A stretch of DNA of 62,254 nt, counting the filler. It is 5 parts of 5 records of this genome, joined end to end, with 100 filler letters (N's around TTAATTAATTAA, not from the genome) between each part and the next. Parts side by side here need not be neighbours in the genome. Positions count along the whole stretch, not along the records: positions 31,230 to 54,662 come from DRR723986_1752; positions 54,763 to 62,254 come from DRR723986_1763; 3 more parts are not named here. The stretch is one strand, 5' to 3'. A program made the translations under genes and the position numbers. Below, piece by piece: positions 48,951 to 58,995 of the stretch (within the stretch, counting starts at the first letter, position 1; every line of letters starts with the position of its first letter). The notes beneath the pieces are model-generated. The model worked only from the letters and a program-made list of their open reading frames with translations. It searched no databases and was not told where the DNA came from.

Positions 48951-50597
48951 ATGGCGAAACAGACCATACCGGGTCAAATTATGACCATGCCGCTAACAGT
49001 GACGAGCATCTTTCGTCACGCCATGCGCGCGCACCCCGAAGCCGAGATTGTCTGGCGCAATTCAGACATGTCGATTGATCGTCACAGCTTTGCGGATATG
49101 GGCCGCCGCACGCAGCAGCTTGCACATGCGTTGACCGAAATGGGCGTTGGTGCCGGGGATCGCGTGGCCACGTTGGCCTGGAACAACGGCCAACACTTGG
49201 AACTGTATTATGCGTTGGCCTGTTTGGGTGCGATCTGCCACACGATCAATCCGCGTCTGCATCCTGATCAGATCGCCTTTATCGTGAACGATGCGCAGGA
49301 TACGCATCTGTTCTTTGACACGACCTTTGCTCCGCTGATTGATGCGGTTTCGGGCCGTTGCCCAACGATTCAGGGCTGGTTCAGCCTGACCGACGCAGAT
49401 CGTGTGCCTGAGATGAAGACCCAAGTGTCTGACTATGAAAGCTTGATCGCGGGTAAGCCGGACACCTTTGATTGGCCGGAACTTGATGAAAACGCAGCGA
49501 TGGCGCTGTGCTATACTTCGGGTACGACAGGGAACCCAAAGGGTGTGCTCTATTCTCATCGTGGCACTGTTTTGCATGCTATGGGTGTTTCTGGCGGGGA
49601 TTGGCTGGCGCTCAGCTCGCGCGATGCGACGCTGCCTGTGGTGCCGATGTTCCACGCCTGTGCTTGGGGCATTCCTTACGCGGCATTGATGAACGGTACC
49701 AAGCTAGTGCTGCCCGGCCCGGGCATGGACCCTGCGCCCTTGCAGGAACTGATGGACGGCGAAGAGGTTACCATGATCTCGGGCGTTCCAACGGTGTGGC
49801 TGGGGCTGTTCGAACATCTGGACCAGAACGGCACGCGTCTGAAAACTGTGAAACGCGCGATGATGGGCGGGTCTGCCGCGCCGCTGTCATTGATCGAGCA
49901 GATCGAACGAGACCACGGTATCGAAGTCGTACACGGTTGGGGCATGACCGAGCTGTCTCCGGTTGGTTCACTTGCTGTTCTGAAGCGCGGCGAAGACAAG
50001 CTGCCACTGGATGAACGTTTGCAGATCAAAACCAAACAGGGCCGCGCGCTTTATGGTGTTGAAATGCGCATCGTTGACGACGCTGGTGCGTTGCTACCAC
50101 ACGACGGTCAAGCTGCTGGCATGTTGCAGGTGCGCGGTCATTGGGTCGCCTCCAGCTATTTTAATGGGGCAGGGGCGGATGCCTTTACCGAGGATGGCTG
50201 GTTTTCCACCGGCGATGTCGCCGCCATCGATCCCAAAGGGTACCTGCGCCTGACGGATCGCACCAAAGATGTGATCAAATCGGGCGGCGAGTGGATCTCG
50301 TCGATTGATCTAGAAAACATCGCCATGAGCCATCCTGACGTGCTGGAGGCAGCCTGTATCGCAGCCAAACACCGCAAATGGGATGAGCGTCCCCTGATCG
50401 TTGCCGTGAAACGCGAAGGCACAGATGTAACCCGCGAAGACGTGCTTGCCCTCTATGACGGTCAGATCGCCAAATGGTGGACCCCGGATGACGTGGTGTT
50501 CCAAGCAGAGCTGCCGCACACCGCCACCGGCAAAGTGTCTAAGCTGCATCTACGCGATCAATACGCGGACTATAAGCTTCCAACCGACAACTCATAA
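48951..50597 (+). CDS. Medium/long-chain acyl-CoA ligase (DmdB/AlkK-like subfamily)
   Basis: HTINPRL, YTSGTTGNPKGVLYSHR, WGMTE, KSGGEWISSIDLEN, KWDERP. Confidence 0.93.
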   Translation: MAKQTIPGQIMTMPLTVTSIFRHAMRAHPEAEIVWRNSDMSIDRHSFADMGRRTQQLAHALTEMGVGAGDRVATLAWNNGQHLELYYALACLGAICHTINPRLHPDQIAFIVNDAQDTHLFFDTTFAPLIDAVSGRCPTIQGWFSLTDADRVPEMKTQVSDYESLIAGKPDTFDWPELDENAAMALCYTSGTTGNPKGVLYSHRGTVLHAMGVSGGDWLALSSRDATLPVVPMFHACAWGIPYAALMNGTKLVLPGPGMDPAPLQELMDGEEVTMISGVPTVWLGLFEHLDQNGTRLKTVKRAMMGGSAAPLSLIEQIERDHGIEVVHGWGMTELSPVGSLAVLKRGEDKLPLDERLQIKTKQGRALYGVEMRIVDDAGALLPHDGQAAGMLQVRGHWVASSYFNGAGADAFTEDGWFSTGDVAAIDPKGYLRLTDRTKDVIKSGGEWISSIDLENIAMSHPDVLEAACIAAKHRKWDERPLIVAVKREGTDVTREDVLALYDGQIAKWWTPDDVVFQAELPHTATGKVSKLHLRDQYADYKLPTDNS

Positions 50598-50603
50598 TTA
50601 GAG

Positions 50604-50640
50604 GGGGCGGTTGCCGCCCCTTCCTCTCCCCTTCCTTTTC
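50604..50640 (+). terminator. Possible intrinsic terminator/attenuator between the ligase and thiolase genes
   Basis: GGGGCGG-TTG-CCGCCCC followed by a pyrimidine tract. Confidence 0.45.
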
Positions 50641-50661
50641 TCTTTCCAAAGGTCTCTTCTC

Positions 50662-51843
50662 ATGCGTTCTGCTGTTATCGTTTCCACTGCCCGTACCGCC
50701 ATTGGCAAAGCTTTTCGTGGGGGCTTCAACGACACCCACCCCGCTTTCTACGGCGGCCATGCTGTGGCCGAAGCCGTCAAACGCGCAGGTGTTGATCCAG
50801 CTGAAATCGAAGACGTGATCATCGGCAACGCCGTGCCCGAAGGGGCCAATGGTGGTAACTTGGGCCGCCAGGTCGCTTTGCGTGCAGGTTTGCCTGTCAC
50901 GGCGTCCGGTGTGACGATCAACCGGTTCTGTTCATCGGGTCTCGAAGCCCTTGCGCGCGCCTGTTCGCGGGTGGTTGTGGATGGTGTGCCTGTGGCCGTT
51001 GGTGGCGGTGCCGAAAGCATCTCGCTGGTGATGAAGAACACCAACCAGAACCGCCTGGAAGAGGCGTGGCTGAAAGAAAACGTGCGCGGCATCTATGATC
51101 CGATGATCAAAACCGCGGATCTGGTGGCCGAACGTTATGGCATTACGCGCGAAGCACAGGATGCCTTTGCCCTGCAATCGCAGCAACGCACCGCAGCGGC
51201 GCAGGCGACGGGTAAATTTGATGACGAAATCGTCCCCATCACAGTCACCAAACTGAACACCAACCGTGAAACTGGCGAAGTCACCCCCGAAGAAGTCACA
51301 CTGACCCAAGACGAATGCAACCGGCCGTCAACCACATTGGAAAGCCTGCAAGGCCTGAAACCGGTCATGGGCGACGGTAAGTGGATCACGGCCGGTAACG
51401 CCTCGCAACTGTCCGATGGTGGTTCTGCACAGGTTGTGATGGATGAAAAGCTAGCCGAACAACGGGGGCTTGAGCCGCTGGGCCGGTACATGGGTTATGT
51501 GGTTGCAGGCTGTGAACCCGACGAGATGGGCATTGGTCCGGTTTACGCTGTTCCGAAGCTTCTGGAGCGTAACGGTCTGAAAGTGGACGACATTGGCCTG
51601 TGGGAATTGAACGAGGCGTTTGCGTCGCAGGCACTTTACTGCCAGCAGAAACTAGGCATCCCAAGCGAGATCCTGAACGTCGATGGTGGCGCGATCTCGG
51701 TTGGCCATCCCTATGGCATGTCGGGCACGCGCATGGTCGGCCACGCCCTGATCGAGGGTAAGAAACGCGGCGCGAAATACGTCGTGGCCACCATGTGCAT
51801 CGGTGGCGGCATGGGCGCGGCTGGCCTGTTCGAGGTGCTGTAA
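50662..51843 (+). CDS. Acetyl-CoA C-acyltransferase (thiolase)
   Basis: [28 protein letters not shown]. Confidence 0.96.
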   Translation: MRSAVIVSTARTAIGKAFRGGFNDTHPAFYGGHAVAEAVKRAGVDPAEIEDVIIGNAVPEGANGGNLGRQVALRAGLPVTASGVTINRFCSSGLEALARACSRVVVDGVPVAVGGGAESISLVMKNTNQNRLEEAWLKENVRGIYDPMIKTADLVAERYGITREAQDAFALQSQQRTAAAQATGKFDDEIVPITVTKLNTNRETGEVTPEEVTLTQDECNRPSTTLESLQGLKPVMGDGKWITAGNASQLSDGGSAQVVMDEKLAEQRGLEPLGRYMGYVVAGCEPDEMGIGPVYAVPKLLERNGLKVDDIGLWELNEAFASQALYCQQKLGIPSEILNVDGGAISVGHPYGMSGTRMVGHALIEGKKRGAKYVVATMCIGGGMGAAGLFEVL

Positions 51844-54141
51844 ATGACTGCGATCAACAAAGTAGCCGTGATCGGCTCGGGCGTGATGGGGGCCGGTATC
51901 GCGGCCCATTTCGCCAACGCCGGGGCGCAGGTGTTGCTGCTCGATATCGTGCCCAAAGACGCCGAGGATCGCTCGATGCTCGCCAAGAGGGCGATTGAAC
52001 ACATGACCAAAGGTCGAGCACCGCAATTGGCGGACCCGGCCTATGCCTCGCGCCTGAGCGCAGGCAATCTGGACGATGATCTGGAGCAGCTGCGTGATTG
52101 CGATTGGGTGGTCGAGGTGGTGTTGGAAGATCTCGCGATCAAACATGCATTGTATGGCAAAATCGCGCCGTATTTGCGTGATGATGCGATTCTCAGCTCG
52201 AACACATCCACCATTCCGCTGGCGGATTTGACCGCGCAGATGGATGAGGGGCTACGCAAGCGGTTCGTGATCGAGCACTTTTTTAACCCGCCGCGTTACA
52301 TGCGTCTGGTTGAACTGGTCACTGGCCCGAATACGGATACAGCCACAGCTGAACGCGCACGCGCCTTTAGCGACGAACGTCTGGGCAAAACCGTGGTGCC
52401 CTGTAATGACCGCCCCGGGTTTATCGCCAACCGTCTGGGCGGGTTGTGGATGAACGCCGCCGCACGCGAGGCGGTGGCCCGTAGCATCACTGTGGAAGAG
52501 GCCGACACCGTTTTGGCGCGTCCCTTTGGGGTGCCGGGCACAGGTGTTTTTGCGCTAATGGACCTGATTGGCGTGGATCTGATGGGCAAATCCCGTCTGT
52601 CCATGCGTAATTTACTAGAAGACAACGATCCGCAGCAGACCCACACCGAGGGGCTAGAGTTGTTCGATCAGATGGCCGCCAAAGGATTGGTAGGTCGCAA
52701 GGTTGGTGCCGGGTTTTACAAACGCTCCAAAAACGAAGCGGGTAAGACCGTGGCCGAGGCCGTCGATTTGGCCACGCTGGGCTACCGTGCTCAAGCTAAG
52801 GGGCCGGATCTGGCCAAAACCTTTGACGTGGACTTCATCGACCAAACGGGTGACCGTCTGGCCGATTACGCGTGGTCTGTGATGGGACCGACCCTGTCTT
52901 ATGCCGCTTACTGCGTGCCCGAGATCACTGCCAACCCGGCCGATATCGATGCCGCAATGGAGTTGGGCTATAACTGGCGCATGGGTCCGTTTAAGCTGAT
53001 CGACAAGATTGGCGCGGACAAAATCGTGGCGCGTCTCAAGGCCGAAGGTCAGGACGTGCCGCCGCTTCTGGCGCTGGCAGCGGACCGGGGCGGGATTTAT
53101 TCCGGCACAGGTCTGGACCATAAGGTTCTGTTGCCTTCGGGCGCACAGGCCGAGGTGCCACGTGGGCCGGGGGTGATCTTTGCTTCTGACTTGACCGACG
53201 CACCGGTGTTTGCAACCCAAGCCGTCACTCTGCGCGATATGGGCGATGGTGTTGCCCTGTTGACGATCACTGCACCCAATGCGGCGCTGGATGATCTGGT
53301 CATGGCCGGTGTGTCCGACGCGCTGGACGTGGTGGGACGTGATTTCAAAGCGATGGTCATCGGCTCGGATGGGAACCACTTTTCGGTGGGAGCCAATCTG
53401 AAAAAGGCGTTGGATCGCGCTGATGCCGGTGAACTGGATCTGATCGCAGATCAGCTGGCTATCGGTCAAGCCACTATGCGCAAGATCAAATATGCGCCGT
53501 TCCCGGTTGTGTCGGCCGCTTGTGGTTTGGCGCTAGGTGGCGGTTGCGAAATCTTGATGCATTCGGACCGGGTCATGGCCGCCCTAGAGAGCAACATCGG
53601 TCTGGTCGAGGCCAATGTGGGCCTGCTGCCCGCTTGGGGGGGAACCACTGCGCTTTTGCTCCAGAAAACCGCCGAATTGGGCGACCCGGTTCAAGGGGCT
53701 GAGGCCGCGTTTGATGTGATTTCTGTCGCATTGATGGTTGGCTCGGCACCCATGGCACAGCACGCTGGTTACCTGCGTCAAACGGACGGTGTGGTGATGA
53801 ACCGCGATCGCCTGTTGTCCGAGGCCAAAGCAGCGGCATTGGCACTGTCCGAGGGGTATACCGCCCCGGCACAGGCTGAAATCACGCTGGATGCCGAGGT
53901 GATCACCAAGGCGCTGGAATCACGGCTGATTGCCTTAGCCAAGGCCACGCCTGATGCGCCCTATACGGTCGAAATCGCGCGTGAAACCGCCCATGTTCTG
54001 GCCGGAGGCGAAGGCGGAACCCTGTCCGAAGAAGCCCTGCACGCACTCGAGGCCCAAGGCATGATGCGCTTGATCCGGCAGGACAAAACTGTTGACCGGA
54101 TGCGTCATACCATGACCACCGGCAAGCCCTTGAAAAACTGA
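51844..54141 (+). CDS. 3-hydroxyacyl-CoA dehydrogenase / enoyl-CoA hydratase multifunctional protein (FadN-like)
   Basis: GSGVMGAGIA, SNTSTIP, HFFNPPRYM, PGFIANR; C-terminal crotonase FSVGANL, ALGGGCE. Confidence 0.94.
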   Translation: MTAINKVAVIGSGVMGAGIAAHFANAGAQVLLLDIVPKDAEDRSMLAKRAIEHMTKGRAPQLADPAYASRLSAGNLDDDLEQLRDCDWVVEVVLEDLAIKHALYGKIAPYLRDDAILSSNTSTIPLADLTAQMDEGLRKRFVIEHFFNPPRYMRLVELVTGPNTDTATAERARAFSDERLGKTVVPCNDRPGFIANRLGGLWMNAAAREAVARSITVEEADTVLARPFGVPGTGVFALMDLIGVDLMGKSRLSMRNLLEDNDPQQTHTEGLELFDQMAAKGLVGRKVGAGFYKRSKNEAGKTVAEAVDLATLGYRAQAKGPDLAKTFDVDFIDQTGDRLADYAWSVMGPTLSYAAYCVPEITANPADIDAAMELGYNWRMGPFKLIDKIGADKIVARLKAEGQDVPPLLALAADRGGIYSGTGLDHKVLLPSGAQAEVPRGPGVIFASDLTDAPVFATQAVTLRDMGDGVALLTITAPNAALDDLVMAGVSDALDVVGRDFKAMVIGSDGNHFSVGANLKKALDRADAGELDLIADQLAIGQATMRKIKYAPFPVVSAACGLALGGGCEILMHSDRVMAALESNIGLVEANVGLLPAWGGTTALLLQKTAELGDPVQGAEAAFDVISVALMVGSAPMAQHAGYLRQTDGVVMNRDRLLSEAKAAALALSEGYTAPAQAEITLDAEVITKALESRLIALAKATPDAPYTVEIARETAHVLAGGEGGTLSEEALHALEAQGMMRLIRQDKTVDRMRHTMTTGKPLKN

Positions 54142-54152
54142 CGGAGGAAACG

Positions 54153-54662
54153 ATGGATTATCACCTTCCCCAACGGGATTTGACCTTTCTTCTGGATGAG
54201 GTTCTGGGTCTGGACCAAACGCTGGCTTTGCCGGGATATGAACATTGCGACAAAGATACGTTTTTTGCCGTCGTGGATGCGATCAACGGGTTTGTGCGCG
54301 ATAACCTTGCGCCCTGCAACGAGGCGGGGGACCGCCCGGGTGCCAAGCTGGTGGATGGGCAGGTCTATGCCGCGCCGGGCTTTGCCGACGCTTACAAAGT
54401 GTTCTGCGAAGACGGCTGGAACGCGCTGGCGCTGGAAGAGGAATATGGCGGGCAGCAATTGCCGTTTGTCCTGCATGCGGCCCTGCGCGAAGGGATGGCA
54501 GGGTCAAACCTTGCCTTTGCCTTGATCCACGAGCTGAACTTTGGTGTGGTCGAGGCATTGATGGCCTATGGCTCGGACCACCAGAAATCGGTCTATTGCC
54601 CACAACTGACCAGCGGCAACTGGGCCGGTACCATGAACCTGACGGAACCGCATTGCGGCACC
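54153..54662 (+). CDS. Acyl-CoA dehydrogenase, DmdC/FadE-like long family (3' partial)
   Basis: LAPCN..GD, EEYGGQ.LP, W.GTMNLTEPHCGT. Confidence 0.9.
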
Positions 54663-54762
54663 NNNNNNNNNNNNNNNNNNNNNNNNNNNNNNNNNNNNNN
54701 NNNNNNTTAATTAATTAANNNNNNNNNNNNNNNNNNNNNNNNNNNNNNNNNNNNNNNNNNNN
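54663..54762. other. Artificial contig linker
   Basis: N-run, TTAATTAATTAA, N-run. Confidence 0.99.
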
Positions 54763-55650
54763 GTGTTCAACCTGCAGACGGGTGTTCATTTCAATGAAAT
54801 AGAACTCGCCGTTCTCATAGAGGAATTCCACCGTGCCGACGCCGCGGTATTTCAGCTTGCGCATGGCAGCAGCGACGATCTCGCCGATTTCCTTGCGCTG
54901 GCTGGCATTGAGGCTCGGGGAGGGAGCTTCTTCGAGCACCTTCTGGTGGCGGCGCTGCAGCGAACAGTCGCGTTCACCGAGGTGAACCGCATTGCCCTTG
55001 CCATCGCCCAGAACCTGGATCTCGATATGCCGAGGCTTGCCGAGATATTTTTCCATGTAGAGCGCGTCGTCGCCGAAGGCAGCCTTTGCTTCGGAACGTG
55101 CAGTGGACAGGGCAGTATCAAGCTCGGCTTCGGTGCGGGCAACCTTCATGCCGCGGCCACCGCCACCTGCAGCTGCCTTTACCAGAACCGGGTAGCCGAT
55201 CTCGCGGGCGATCGCGTGGGCGTCGTCACCAGCCGTCACGGCACCGTCGGAGCCAGGAACAACCGGGATGCCGAGGTCCTTGGCCGTCTGCTTGGCCTGG
55301 ATCTTGTCACCCATGATGCGAATGTGTTCAGCGGTCGGGCCGATGAATTCGATACCGTGTGCTTCAAGGATTTCCGCGAAACGGGCATTTTCCGACAGGA
55401 AGCCGTAACCCGGGTGGACAGCATCCGCTCCGGTGATTTCACAAGCCGCAAGAAGCTGCGGGATGTTCAGGTAGCTGTCGCGCGCGGCAGGCGGGCCAAT
55501 GCAGACGCTTTCGTCTGCCAGGCGCACATGCATCGCATCCGCATCAGCGGTGGAGTGAACCGCAACGGTGGAGATGCCGAGCTCTTTACAGGCGCGCAGG
55601 ATGCGCAGGGCGATCTCGCCGCGGTTGGCAATGAGAATCTTGGAGAACAT
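54763..55650 (-). CDS. accC: Acetyl-CoA carboxylase biotin carboxylase (3' partial)
   Basis: [40 protein letters not shown]. Confidence 0.97.
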
Positions 55651-55665
55651 GGCCACAACGGCTCC

Positions 55666-56139
55666 TTATTCGACGATAATAAGCGGTTCGCCGAATTCCA
55701 CCGGCTGAGCGTCGTCCACAAGGATCTGCTTGACGGTGCCCGCCTTGGTGGCAGGAATGTGGTTCATGGTTTTCATGGCTTCGATGATCAGGATCGTCTG
55801 ACCTTCCACCACCTTGTCGCCAACCTGAATGAAGGCCGGTGCGCCCGGTTCGGCGGCGAGATAGGCCGTGCCGACCATTGGCGAGGTTACGGTCGTGCCG
55901 GCGTGGGCCGGTTCGGCGGCAGGCGCTGCTGCTGCCGGGGAAGCCGCTGCGGCCGGTGCTGTCGGTGCGGCCATCGGTGCTGCAACGTTTACCGGCGCGC
56001 TGATCGTCATCTGACGGGCCACGCGAATGCGCGTGTCACCCTGTTCCAGTTCGATTTCCGAGAGATTTGTCTCATCCAGGAGAACGGCGAGGTCCCGGAT
56101 CAGGGCCGTGTCGAATTTCTTGTTATCATTACGCATCAT
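55666..56139 (-). CDS. accB: Biotin carboxyl carrier protein
   Basis: SPMVGT, EAMKTMN biotinylation motif, Ala/Pro linker. Confidence 0.97.
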   Translation of the reverse strand: MMRNDNKKFDTALIRDLAVLLDETNLSEIELEQGDTRIRVARQMTISAPVNVAAPMAAPTAPAAAASPAAAAPAAEPAHAGTTVTSPMVGTAYLAAEPGAPAFIQVGDKVVEGQTILIIEAMKTMNHIPATKAGTVKQILVDDAQPVEFGEPLIIVE

Positions 56140-56371
56140 GTTTGGCTCTCATACTCGGTCCGCAAGACACGCAGCTGGCCGGCTCGCCGGGCGACCGCTC
56201 CATACCGGGATGGGGTCAGACCCGAAATATCCAGCCCTGCAACTCGATCAGGGTCCGTAAGGCCGGGGCCGCAACCACGCTCTTGCTCCGCCGTTGTTGG
56301 GCGGACAAAGATCTTCGGCCCGTCTCTTCCTGGAGGCGAGCCACGCTTCTTATAGGGATTCAATTGGAACA

Positions 56372-56415
56372 GGAAAACCCCCGATTTCTCACTGACATGA
56401 GGAATGGGGGTTTCC
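56372..56415 (-). terminator. Probable terminator hairpin downstream of dsbA
   Basis: Imperfect long stem GGAAAACCCCCGATTTCTCA / TGAGGAATGGGGGTTTCC; gives GGGGGTTTT on the minus strand. Confidence 0.55.
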
Positions 56416-56457
56416 AACAGGCAAGTGAACGCCGAAACACTGTTTCGGCTCACAGGT

Positions 56458-57261
56458 TCAGCAAGTGGTCTGGCCGCAATTCTGCAGCGCGTCGAGCTTC
56501 TGGCTCAGTTCCTCGTAACCGACCGCGCCCATGACCACGTCGTTGCCGACCACATAGGACGGAGTGCCGGTCAAGCCGAGACGGTTGGCCAGGGAGTAGA
56601 CTTCTTCAATCGTCTGGCCGGCTTCGTCGGTTTTCATGGACGCCAGGAGATCGTCTTCCGAAATGCCGACGGACGTCGCTGCGGCGAGGGCGCTGGCCCG
56701 GTTCGCCTGGCCGCGGCTCAGCAGCAGTTTTTCATGGAATTCGCCGTATTTCTCCGGCGCCACAGAGTTGACCGCGACAGCCACCTGGGCTGCTTCGACA
56801 GAGCCCTGGCCGAGAACCGGGAATTCCTTCAGGACGACTTTGAGGTCGGGGTTTTCATCGATCAGCTTGACCATGTCGCCGTGCGCGCGCTTGCAGTAGC
56901 CGCAGTTATAATCGAAGAATTCGACCAGGGTGACAGACCCTTCCGGATTGCCCAGCACCACCTGCCGTGACGAATTGAAGAGAACGTCGGCGCTTTCGTT
57001 GAGGGCTTCCACGCGCGCAACTTCGGCAGCTTCCTTTTCACGGCGATCGAGTTCGGTCAGCGCTTCGGCAATCACTTCAGGATTCTCAAGCAGATATTCC
57101 CGCACGATTTTTTCAATCTCACCGCGGTTCAGATCCTGAGCGGCAACCGGGCCAGCCAGCAGGGTAAGCGCGAGCGCGCAAGCCGACAGGACGCGCAGCA
57201 GCATCGGCGGGCAGAGCGACCCGGTCTTCAGGATCTGGATCTTCGGGGAAGTGTCGGTCAT
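56458..57261 (-). CDS. DsbA/Com1-like thioredoxin-fold protein
   Basis: YLLENPEVI, EFFDYNCGYCK, KEFPVLG, GTPSYVVG. Confidence 0.94.
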   Translation of the reverse strand: MTDTSPKIQILKTGSLCPPMLLRVLSACALALTLLAGPVAAQDLNRGEIEKIVREYLLENPEVIAEALTELDRREKEAAEVARVEALNESADVLFNSSRQVVLGNPEGSVTLVEFFDYNCGYCKRAHGDMVKLIDENPDLKVVLKEFPVLGQGSVEAAQVAVAVNSVAPEKYGEFHEKLLLSRGQANRASALAAATSVGISEDDLLASMKTDEAGQTIEEVYSLANRLGLTGTPSYVVGNDVVMGAVGYEELSQKLDALQNCGQTTC

Positions 57262-57319
57262 TCAAGGCTCCTCAGGTAACCGTCTTTCGTTCAAACGGCA
57301 CCCATATGTGTCTGAGATA

Positions 57320-58738
57320 TCAGCGGCCGTTGTTAGGCAGATTAGGTGGGTTGTACGCTACAATGTCGTCCGCTTGAAGCCATGCCGGCGTTCCTCTCTT
57401 CAAACTTTTTTGAGCACGCGCCGCGTAGCGTTTCGCAGCCTGGAAATCGCCACTCACCATCAGGCCTTTCGCTGTTGCCAAATCAGCTTCCGCACGCTCG
57501 CCCTGGCGGCCGTGGGCAATGGCCAGCTGACTGTAGGCAACGCCCGAGTTCTGGTCCCGCTGGATCGCCTCCTTCAAGATGCGTTCTGCCTCCGGCAGAT
57601 TGGACTTGTCGTTCGAAGCAACCAGCGCATACCCGAGCCAGGTGAGGAACTGCGGTTCGGTTGGTTTGAACGACAGAGCCTTGCGGAAGGGCGCGATCGC
57701 GCCTTTGGGATCGCCACCTTCGATCAGGGCCTGCCCCTTAAGCTCGTAATAATAGGGGTTGTTCGGCTGCGTGCGGATCAGGGCGTCTATCTCCTTGACC
57801 GCGCCTTTTCCCCGGCTCTTCATTGCGGCAATAGCGCGTGCGTATTGTGCCTGGGGGCTTTTGTCGCTGCGCGGATAGGCTCGCAACGTGGCGGACGGAT
57901 GGCTGGTGAAGGCGAACAGCTTGGCCCGCACCATGTCGTGCCTGTATTGCAGTACATAGTCTTCCGGCTGGTTGAAGTATTTCGATTTCTGCGCGTCGGT
58001 CGCCAGACTGTTGTAGCGGTCCTGTGCCATCGGGTGGCTCTGGGCATAAGGGTCGGCGTATTTGCGGGTGAACATCTGCTGTTCCGACATGCGCTCGAAG
58101 GTCTTCAGCAGGCCGCGCGGACTTTGTCCGGTAGCACTCAGGTATTTGAGCGCGGCTCGGTCGGCTGCGGCTTCTTCGCCGCGCTGATAGGACAGGAACG
58201 ACCGCTGGCCGACGGATCCCGAGCCCATGATCACAGCGCCACCGCCCGAAGCAACCTCACCGGATCCGGAGGCCGCACCGGCTGCCGCGGCCCCCGCACC
58301 GAGAATCATGCCGATGACAGAGATGATCTGGGCATTGGCGGCAGCGGCACGCAGGCGCACGAGATGACGACCGGCGATGTGGCCCGATTCATGGGCAATC
58401 ACGCCAATCACTTCACCGGGTGTTTCCGATTCCATGATGACACCGATGTTGATGAACATCCTGCGGCTGTCGGGAACGAAAGCGTTGAAGCTCTTGTCGT
58501 TGACCAGAATGATTTCCGGTTCTGAATTGGAAATGCCGGCAGCCTTGAAGATCGGCGTCGCATAGTCCTTCAGAAGATGTTCCGTTTCTGCATCGCGCAC
58601 GAGCGGCAGGCTGCGCCCCTGTGCCATCGCTGGTACCGAAACAAGAGGCAGGGCGAGGGCGCTTGCACAGGCAAGTGCGACCGCTTTACGCGCAAGACTG
58701 CGAGGAAAATCGATTTTCAAAATGGCGGAACCAGGCAC
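57320..58738 (-). CDS. M48-family metalloprotease with TPRs (BepA-like)
   Basis: NAFV, AHESGH, EAAAD, SHP motifs; TPR-like C-terminus; start approximate. Confidence 0.92.
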   Translation of the reverse strand: MPGSAILKIDFPRSLARKAVALACASALALPLVSVPAMAQGRSLPLVRDAETEHLLKDYATPIFKAAGISNSEPEIILVNDKSFNAFVPDSRRMFINIGVIMESETPGEVIGVIAHESGHIAGRHLVRLRAAAANAQIISVIGMILGAGAAAAGAASGSGEVASGGGAVIMGSGSVGQRSFLSYQRGEEAAADRAALKYLSATGQSPRGLLKTFERMSEQQMFTRKYADPYAQSHPMAQDRYNSLATDAQKSKYFNQPEDYVLQYRHDMVRAKLFAFTSHPSATLRAYPRSDKSPQAQYARAIAAMKSRGKGAVKEIDALIRTQPNNPYYYELKGQALIEGGDPKGAIAPFRKALSFKPTEPQFLTWLGYALVASNDKSNLPEAERILKEAIQRDQNSGVAYSQLAIAHGRQGERAEADLATAKGLMVSGDFQAAKRYAARAQKSLKRGTPAWLQADDIVAYNPPNLPNNGR

Positions 58739-58995
58739 AGGTGCAAAACTCCAATCCGGACCGGAACGCTTTCCAGGCTCATCTTTGCTCAGATGTTATC
58801 CTGGGACATGGATGTGTGGCGAAGGTATGGAGGTGTGCGATGCGGGTCAAGGAAGCGGGCATGACAAAAAGGTAAGGTGCCGGGCCGTTGTCGTGCCGGA
58901 GCAGCCCGAAAGTTGCAACTGGCCGCACGCGTTGCATCGGATGGAAAAATCCGCGATAGGGTGAAGCCAGTTTCTCAGCCGGATTTTCAGGACAC

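Noticed and set aside
54763-56355. 530-aa plus-strand ORF and other long antisense ORFs (4640-6067, 12666-14093, 13954-15207, 57251-58525)
   Set aside because: Shadow frames opposite conserved genes in GC-rich DNA, with no recognisable motifs
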